A program made the translations under genes and the position numbers. Shown one piece after another: positions 57,853 to 64,000 of a stretch of DNA of 64,000 nucleotides (position 1 is the first letter of the stretch; each line of letters opens with the position of its first letter). The notes under the pieces are model-generated. The model was given only the letters and a program-made list of their open reading frames with translations. It ran no database searches and was not told the DNA's origin. The stretch comes from an uncultured Gammaproteobacteria bacterium. Lineage in GTDB: Bacteria; Patescibacteriota; Patescibacteriia; VMEV01; CAYQCH01. The stretch is taken from positions 109,804 through 173,803 of the forward strand of contig CAZDCG010000001.1 in the NCBI GenBank assembly GCA_964503955.1, given 5' to 3'.

Positions 57853-58398
57853 CTACCCCAGCTGCTCTTTCACATTCTTCATCACATGATCGTGGTGTTT
57901 TTCCCACCAGGTCAGCACGACTTCGCAGGATGGTGTCAACAGATACCCTGCTTTTGCTTCTGCAGGCTTGATCCAGCGGACTTCGGAGACTTTTTCCGGA
58001 TTTGGCTGCACAAGATCAGCATTGCTGACGTATCCGACGAACACAGCGATAAAGCGATCCGCTTTGCCGGGGATATGGTAGCGGTTTTTATGCTCATGGA
58101 AAAGCGGCACGCGCATATTCAGCTCATCCGGCAGCTTTCGATTGGCCGCGTCAACATACCCTTCCCCCGGCCAGACCGCACCCGACGCGGAGATTTCCCA
58201 ATGATTCGGGAATCGCTCGATATCGGGATTGCGGCGCTGCAAGAGTACTTCGCCTTCATCATTGAACAGAAGGACATAGACATAGCGGATCAGCTTTGAT
58301 TCATCAGCTTCAGCAACTTTGCGAGGCAGAATTTCAACCTGGTTGTCTTGGTCGTCGACAACAATGACAGGCTCCTCGCTTTGATCAAATTCTTTCAT
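57853..58398 (-). CDS. NUDIX-fold protein (IDI/YfcD-like, degenerate Nudix box)
   Basis: VVDDQD, VLLQRR, FPNHW..SASG, GE....AA.R...EL. Confidence 0.8.
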   Translation of the reverse strand: MKEFDQSEEPVIVVDDQDNQVEILPRKVAEADESKLIRYVYVLLFNDEGEVLLQRRNPDIERFPNHWEISASGAVWPGEGYVDAANRKLPDELNMRVPLFHEHKNRYHIPGKADRFIAVFVGYVSNADLVQPNPEKVSEVRWIKPAEAKAGYLLTPSCEVVLTWWEKHHDHVMKNVKEQLG

Positions 58399-58447
58399 AG
58401 ACAGTGGTTACGAGTTCACAGATTAACGAGTTAGCGCGTTTGTTCAT

Positions 58448-59293
58448 TTACCTCGCGTCATCTTTGATTCCAAAAAAAGCGAGTGCGTTTTGGAATGTCT
58501 GCTCGGCAACATGTTCCTCTGAAAGCCCTTTTCTTCTGGCAATATCCTGTACGATGTATTTCACATGAGCCGGCTCATTACGTTTACCACGAAACGGCGG
58601 AGGTGTTAAGTACGGTGCATCCGTTTCAACGAGCATCTGCTCTAATGGAAGTTTGGCCGCCACCTGTCCTACTGCGTCGGCAAAAACGGCAATGCCTGAA
58701 AATGAAATATACCAGCCAATGTCAATGTATTTTTTCGCCTCCTCGTAGGTTCCCGTAAAGCAATGGATAACACCCCGCTTCCCTTCTCCCCATTGCTGTG
58801 CGGCTTCCTGAATAGCCGCAAACTGATCGTCATGCGCTTCACGGCAATGAATAATCAGCGGCAAGGTGTTTTTGCGGGCGAATTCCGCCTGCGCCATGAA
58901 TGCGGCATACTGCGTCTGTTTCATGGTCTTCGCATCACCTTCGGGCAGGCGGTAATAATCAAGCCCGCATTCGCCAACAGCCACGACTTTGGATGAAGCA
59001 TCTTTAAGAGATTGATAGTAGGCAGGATCAAAGGCTTCCGCTCTGGGTTTGAAGTCAAGCTCCTGCGTATCATTAAAGCCATGCGCGATGGTATGCGTGG
59101 GATGCAGTCCGATGGACGCATAAACACCTTTTTCAAACTTCTCGGCCGTCTCAATTGCCGTTTTGCTTGTGTCCCGCTGAGTGCCAACCGTTACCATCCA
59201 GACTTCGTCAGCCAAGGCACGCTCAATCACCTCCCGAGCATCATCTTCATAAGCTTTGAAATGAACATGAGCATGACTATCAAATAATCTCAT
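58448..59293 (-). CDS. tatD: TatD-family nuclease
   Basis: DSHAH, GLHP, GECGLDY, IHCREA, IHCFTG, ETDAPY. Confidence 0.94.
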   Translation of the reverse strand: MRLFDSHAHVHFKAYEDDAREVIERALADEVWMVTVGTQRDTSKTAIETAEKFEKGVYASIGLHPTHTIAHGFNDTQELDFKPRAEAFDPAYYQSLKDASSKVVAVGECGLDYYRLPEGDAKTMKQTQYAAFMAQAEFARKNTLPLIIHCREAHDDQFAAIQEAAQQWGEGKRGVIHCFTGTYEEAKKYIDIGWYISFSGIAVFADAVGQVAAKLPLEQMLVETDAPYLTPPPFRGKRNEPAHVKYIVQDIARRKGLSEEHVAEQTFQNALAFFGIKDDAR

Positions 59294-59314
59294 ATCGATT
59301 GGTGATGTAAATCC

Positions 59315-59370
59315 TGCAAATGACGAATCCGTTACAAATCTATAAAAGACTGAATATGGAATTTGTAGTG
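59315..59370. repeat. Family D element before tatD
   Basis: CAAATGACGAATCCGTTACAAATCT matches the dinB-upstream arm CAAATGACGAATCATTACAAATCT. Confidence 0.75.
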
Positions 59371-59372
59371 AG

Positions 59373-59897
59373 TCAAAGACTCAGTACTTCCTGTGCTCTT
59401 TGCACAACGGTTGGGAGAAAAGGCGCCACCTGGTCAGCGACGTCAAGCAAGTAGTCGACCACCATGGATTGCGACAAGGCATTGGTCAAGGTATCGCTGA
59501 GCGGATAGCGAGCCAGCATGAATAAGGCAAGAGACATGAGCACCACGCCTTCAATTAATCCAAGTAATGCTCCGCCTAAACGGTTGAAGGTTTTTAGAAA
59601 CGGCAGCACGGCAATCAAATTGAAGAGTTTATTGATCAGCCAAAAAACAAAGCCGACCAGGCGCGTCACAAGCAGGAAAAGGAGAATAAAGGTTACAACG
59701 CGGCCGAGATTATCTCTTCCCCCGAACAAGAAAGAAAGCTTTTCCGCCACAAACTCAAAATAATTGCCGCTGATCACCGCGGCAACCACAATGCTGACAA
59801 AAGAACCGACCATGTGAATAAGCCCGAACCAAAATCCTGTAAAAGCAAATCCGGCGATGATCAGGATCAAAACCGCGTCGGTAATGGTAAGCAGCAT
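59373..59897 (-). CDS. cvpA: CvpA-family membrane protein
   Basis: D.VLILI...GFWFGLI, NRLGGALLGLIEG. Confidence 0.85.
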   Translation of the reverse strand: MLLTITDAVLILIIAGFAFTGFWFGLIHMVGSFVSIVVAAVISGNYFEFVAEKLSFLFGGRDNLGRVVTFILLFLLVTRLVGFVFWLINKLFNLIAVLPFLKTFNRLGGALLGLIEGVVLMSLALFMLARYPLSDTLTNALSQSMVVDYLLDVADQVAPFLPTVVQRAQEVLSL

Positions 59898-59900
59898 AAT

Positions 59901-61346
59901 TTACTCCTCAAGGCGAGGAAATAAAGGCTGAAGCTTCTTTATTGTATCAGCATTAAAGGCCTGTTCCAACTGATCCGCCGTTGCAGGCAGATAGGGGTTG
60001 AGCAGATATGCGACAAGCCGGATTTGCGCGACAAGTTTGCCAAGAACAGTTTGCAATCGCTCAGGGTCGGATTTCGCTAATTCCCAAGGTTTTTCAGCAT
60101 CAATAAGCCGGTTTCCTTCATTGACGACCTCCCAGATGCGACCCAGAGCTTTGTCGAAGCGGAATTGTTCGGTGTACGAATACACTTCCTGTTTAATGAT
60201 CGCTGTTTCAGCTAGTTCCTGAACAACAATATTGCCCGCGAGATATTTCTCTACCATATTGGACAAACGGCTCGCCAGATTCCCTAAGTCATTAGCTAGA
60301 TCGGCTGTATAACGTTCACGGAAGCGCTGGTCGGAAAAATCGCCGTCCGCGCCGAACGGGATTTCGCGCAGGAGAAAATAGCGGACCGCATCCGCGCCGT
60401 ATTGCTCAACCAGAGCAAGCGGATCAACGGTATTGCCAAGCGATTTGCTGATTTTCTGCCCGTCTTTGGTGATAAATCCATGAATAAAAATTTGCTTTGA
60501 AGCGGGCAAACCAGCGGAAAAAAGCATGGCCTGCCACATAGCTGATTGCTGGCGAAGATTGTCTTTGCCGGCCACCTGCACGCCGGGCCAGAATGCTTCA
60601 AAGTTTTCCTGCTGATCAGGCCAACCTAAAGTGGAAATATAGTTTACCAAGGCGTCAAACCACACATACATGACATGCTCTTCATCATCTGGAACCGGCA
60701 CGCCCCATGGCATTTTTTCCTTCAGACGCGACACGCTGAAATCTTCAAGCCCTCCGGCAACAAAGTTCCGGATTTCTGTCAGACGGAAATCAGGTACGAC
60801 AAAATCAGGACGCTGTTCGTATAAATCCAATAAAGCCTGCTGGTATTTGGAAAAACGAAAGAAGTAATTTTCTTCATCGATCAGCTCCAGCTCAAGATTT
60901 GGATGGATCTGGCAATGTCCGCTTTCAAGCTCCGAATCGGTTTTTTCAAGCTCGCAACCGATGCAATATTTTACCTGGTACTGTTTTTTATAAATATCGC
61001 CGTTCTCTTTGCAGCGTCGCCAGAATTCCTGAGCAGCTTTTTTGTGATCAGCGTCGGTGGTGCGGATAAAATTGGTATAGCTGAGATTCAGTGCTTCTTT
61101 AAGCGCATGGAATTTGGCGGCATACCGGTCGACATAAGCTTGCGCGTCAATGCCTTCTTCCTGCGCCTTGCGGTAAATTTTAATGCCATGTTCGTCCGTT
61201 CCGGTATTAAAGACAACGTCATTTCCCTTCTGACGTTGATGGCGCGCCAACACATCGGCCTGGACAATCTCTAAAGCAAAGCCGATATGCGGATCGGCAT
61301 TCACGTACGGCAAGGTGGTCGTAATGTAGAAACGTTCGCTTTTCAT
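59901..61346 (-). CDS. metG: Methionine--tRNA ligase
   Basis: PYVNADPHIG, GTDEHG, YVWFDAL, KISKS. Confidence 0.96.
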   Translation of the reverse strand: MKSERFYITTTLPYVNADPHIGFALEIVQADVLARHQRQKGNDVVFNTGTDEHGIKIYRKAQEEGIDAQAYVDRYAAKFHALKEALNLSYTNFIRTTDADHKKAAQEFWRRCKENGDIYKKQYQVKYCIGCELEKTDSELESGHCQIHPNLELELIDEENYFFRFSKYQQALLDLYEQRPDFVVPDFRLTEIRNFVAGGLEDFSVSRLKEKMPWGVPVPDDEEHVMYVWFDALVNYISTLGWPDQQENFEAFWPGVQVAGKDNLRQQSAMWQAMLFSAGLPASKQIFIHGFITKDGQKISKSLGNTVDPLALVEQYGADAVRYFLLREIPFGADGDFSDQRFRERYTADLANDLGNLASRLSNMVEKYLAGNIVVQELAETAIIKQEVYSYTEQFRFDKALGRIWEVVNEGNRLIDAEKPWELAKSDPERLQTVLGKLVAQIRLVAYLLNPYLPATADQLEQAFNADTIKKLQPLFPRLEE

Positions 61347-61383
61347 AGTGCAAAAACCTTAGCAATTTGGACTTTAAATGGCA

Positions 61384-61485
61384 AGACTCACAGACAAATA
61401 GATTCTTCAGACATAACAGACAAGGATACTGAAATAAATTGACACCAGTCTGTGATGTCTGAGAAGTCTGTGCGTCTGAAAAGTC
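61384..61485. repeat. Family A palindromic element downstream of mutL
   Basis: Left arm ends ACAGACAAGGA as in the 8023 copy; right arm GTCTGTGATGTCTGAGAAGTCTGTGCGTCTG. Confidence 0.85.
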
Positions 61486-61502
61486 AGTGAGCGAAGCGAA
61501 CC

Positions 61503-63284
61503 CTAGTGCCGATGAAACTTCTTATTCAGCTCCTCCACGCTTAAACCAAATATCGTTGGCCGTCCATGGCAGCAGGAAACTGCATTGTAGGTCTGGATAT
61601 CAGCCATAAGCTGCAACTGTTCCTCGCGCGTAAGCGGCTGGTGAAACGTAACCGCCGCCTTGCAGGCTGCCATCTGCGCGATTGCCATCCGGCGCTCTTC
61701 AACGCTTGAAGGACGGGATGTATCCTGTTCCATTTCTTCAAGCAGATTGAGAAAAAAGTGACGCAAGTCTTTAATGGTTAAATCCTGAGGCACGCCAGTA
61801 AGGCGGAATGTCCGCTCTCCAAATTCTTCGCCCTCAACCCCAAGGGAAGAGAGCATGTCCATTTGTTCCGTCAACAGGCTCCATTGTTTAGCCGAGAGTT
61901 CAAAAACTTCCGGCACAAGCAATTGCTGCACCTTAGGCTTGCTTCCCAGCGCAAGCAGTTTTTCAAGCAAAACACGTTCTGCCGCCGCATGCTGATCAAT
62001 CATCAGCAAGTCCTGACCGTCTTCAACAATGAGATAGCAATTATGGCTTTGACCGATGAGTTTCCACGTACCAAGCAGCCCCATCTCCTTATCCTCCTCT
62101 CTCACCTGCGACGGAAATGACTGTTTCTGCGTCTTAAAGGAGAAAGAAAGACCTCCCTGGATGGAATGCGGCCCATCATTTTTTGCAGACATGCCGCCGC
62201 CAAATTCAGGATAATGAGCAAGCTGTGGATTCGCCTGTGATGTCTGAGAAATCTGTGCGTCTGAATAGTCTGCGGTGCCACTTGACACCGATTCGGCAAC
62301 GAGCCTGCTTAAAACCTGCTTCACCGCATGATACACCTCTCTATATACCGCCGATGGATCCGCGAACTTCACTTCCGCCTTTCTTGGATGCACATTGACA
62401 TCGACAAGATCAGGTGCAATTGTCAGGTGCACGACAAAGGCAGGCTTGAATCCATTGGCGATGAGCGTTCCATACCCCTGCTGGATGGCTCTGGCAATGG
62501 TGTAATCTGATACCGCCCTTCCGTTCACGAAAAGATACTGCTCCGTCTGTCTCTCACGAGCCGATGAAGGATAACCAAGAAATCCGTTTAAGACTAAGGA
62601 GGCGCGCTGATAATGAAGCTCGACAAGTTCCTTGGACAGGTCCGGCCCAAGCACGTCCTGCACGCGGTGCTTCCAGTTATCGGTTTTCGCATAGGAAGCG
62701 ATTTGCTTGCCATTATGCGTCAGCTTGAATGAGATATTCGGCAAAAGCAGCGCCTGCCTCGTAAAAACATCCACGATTTGCCGAAACTCAGCATTGGCGG
62801 ATTTTAAAAATTTCTTTCTTGCCGGAACAGTATCAAATAAACCTTTCACCTCAATGATAGTTCCTGTCTGGCCCGCCGCTTCTTTTGATGTGATTTGTCC
62901 CTCGATAACATGAAGCTCGGTTGCGGCAAGACTTGTTTCCTCCTTGGTCAGCAGTCGAAATGATGAGACGGAAGAAATCGCCGCCAGAGCCTCTCCGCGA
63001 AAACCGAGTGTGCTGATTTTATGCAAATCATTGAGCTCGCGGATTTTACTGGTCGCATGCCGGCGCAAAGCCATCTGCGCATCGTCGGGCGACATCCCCG
63101 AACCATTGTCGATCACTTTGATCAATCGATGACCGCCCTCCTCAATCTCAACCGTAATCTGATCAGCACCTGCATCAATCGAATTCTCCACCAGCTCTTT
63201 GACAACCGAAGCGGGGCGTTCAACCACTTCGCCGGCTGAGATTTTGTTGATCAGATTTTGGTCTAATAAATGAATTTTAGCCAT
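61503..63284 (-). CDS. mutL: Mismatch repair endonuclease MutL
   Basis: GEVVERP, GFRGEAL, DVNVHP, DQHAAAERVLLE, CCHGRP. Confidence 0.97.
   Translation of the reverse strand: MAKIHLLDQNLINKISAGEVVERPASVVKELVENSIDAGADQITVEIEEGGHRLIKVIDNGSGMSPDDAQMALRRHATSKIRELNDLHKISTLGFRGEALAAISSVSSFRLLTKEETSLAATELHVIEGQITSKEAAGQTGTIIEVKGLFDTVPARKKFLKSANAEFRQIVDVFTRQALLLPNISFKLTHNGKQIASYAKTDNWKHRVQDVLGPDLSKELVELHYQRASLVLNGFLGYPSSARERQTEQYLFVNGRAVSDYTIARAIQQGYGTLIANGFKPAFVVHLTIAPDLVDVNVHPRKAEVKFADPSAVYREVYHAVKQVLSRLVAESVSSGTADYSDAQISQTSQANPQLAHYPEFGGGMSAKNDGPHSIQGGLSFSFKTQKQSFPSQVREEDKEMGLLGTWKLIGQSHNCYLIVEDGQDLLMIDQHAAAERVLLEKLLALGSKPKVQQLLVPEVFELSAKQWSLLTEQMDMLSSLGVEGEEFGERTFRLTGVPQDLTIKDLRHFFLNLLEEMEQDTSRPSSVEERRMAIAQMAACKAAVTFHQPLTREEQLQLMADIQTYNAVSCCHGRPTIFGLSVEELNKKFHRH
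62235..62270. repeat. Family A arm inside the mutL linker
   Basis: 34/36 identical to 61450-61485. Confidence 0.85.
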
Positions 63285-63285
63285 A

Positions 63286-64000
63286 TCACTCAGCCTCCTC
63301 TTTCAACTCGAACAATAATTCCAGCGCCTTCATAGGCGTTATTTTATTGGGATCAATCTCTTTCAGTTTCTTTACAGCGGGATGGTCCGCCTGTTTCTGA
63401 ATCGGCATAAGGGGCAAGCTTTGTTGGCGCTGTTTTTTCTCGGCCTGATCCCAGGCATGCTGCTCCAAACGGGCGAGCAAATCCTTTGAACGGACAATGA
63501 GCTGATGCGGCAACCCCGCCAATTTAGCCACTTCAATGCCATAGCTTCGGCTGATTCCGCCTTCAATAACCTGATGCAAAAAGACAATGCCGTCTTCCTG
63601 CTCGGAAACCGCCACGGAAAAGTTTTTGGCTTTTTTCATGTCGGCAACCACTTCGATCAATTCATGGTAATGGGTCGCGAATAATGTTTTGGCACCGATG
63701 ATATCGTGCAGATACTCCGTGATTGCCCAGGCAAGACTTAAGCCGTCATACGTGCTCGTCCCTCGTCCAAGCTCATCAAGAATGACAAGGCTTTTTTCCG
63801 TGGCATGATGCAGGATATAGGATGCCTCCTGCATCTCAACCATGAAGGTGGATCGTCCTCGCGCGAGATTATCTGAAGCCCCTACGCGGGTAAAAATCCG
63901 GTCCATCACCGGCCAGGACATTTCTTTGGCCGGAACATAGCTGCCGATTTGCGAGAGCAGAACAATCAGCGCGTTCTGGCGCAAGTAGCTGGATTTTCCA
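63286..64000 (-). CDS. mutS: Mismatch repair protein MutS, C-terminal part
   Basis: GKSSYLRQ, STFMVEM, DELGRGTST, FATHYHEL, SYGIEVA. Confidence 0.97.
   Translation of the reverse strand, partial: GKSSYLRQNALIVLLSQIGSYVPAKEMSWPVMDRIFTRVGASDNLARGRSTFMVEMQEASYILHHATEKSLVILDELGRGTSTYDGLSLAWAITEYLHDIIGAKTLFATHYHELIEVVADMKKAKNFSVAVSEQEDGIVFLHQVIEGGISRSYGIEVAKLAGLPHQLIVRSKDLLARLEQHAWDQAEKKQRQQSLPLMPIQKQADHPAVKKLKEIDPNKITPMKALELLFELKEEAE

Noticed and set aside
8023-61485. Short-period repeats as CRISPR or TIGR arrays
   Set aside because: Only 3-5 degenerate units per site, arranged as inverted arms, with no regular repeat-spacer alternation and no cas or Tas-like gene in the window
61450-62270. mutL 36-nt duplication as a DGR template/variable repeat pair
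   Set aside because: Too short, the two mismatches are not both at template adenines, and there is no reverse transcriptase in the window

Overview
Bacterial chromosome segment. The gene content, the overlapping SD-less core genes and the LexA direct-repeat boxes suggest Patescibacteria/CPR (inference). Core blocks: secA 5' end; murB-murC-murG-ftsW-murD-pgeF; an SOS cassette (lexA, small accessory gene, dinB); malic enzyme and mutY; sufBCDSU; tRNA-Gln; dnaX; coupling-type ATPase, pilin, DUF3048-like gene, rplY, rodA; gyrB; secE-nusG-rplK-rplA; a helicase-nuclease; rmuC, tatD, cvpA, metG, mutL, mutS. Most notable observations: (1) a translationally coupled 7-gene operon (Acg-type nitroreductase, Leu/Phe-type dehydrogenase, methyltransferase, PaaK-like ligase, ThiF enzyme, hydrolase, membrane histidine kinase) that looks like a small-molecule signal synthase plus receptor; (2) a ~570-nt long-range-paired RNA behind lexA carrying an uncalled 28-aa cationic amphipathic peptide and ending in a terminator; (3) two tandem promoter-driven structured non-coding RNA candidates at 56.1-56.5 kb; (4) at least six families of short-period palindromic intergenic elements, one of which also occurs in-frame in the MutL linker; (5) orphan genes with their own promoters and mostly SD-like/GTG starts. 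All calls were made by eye; no database searches or folding programs were run.
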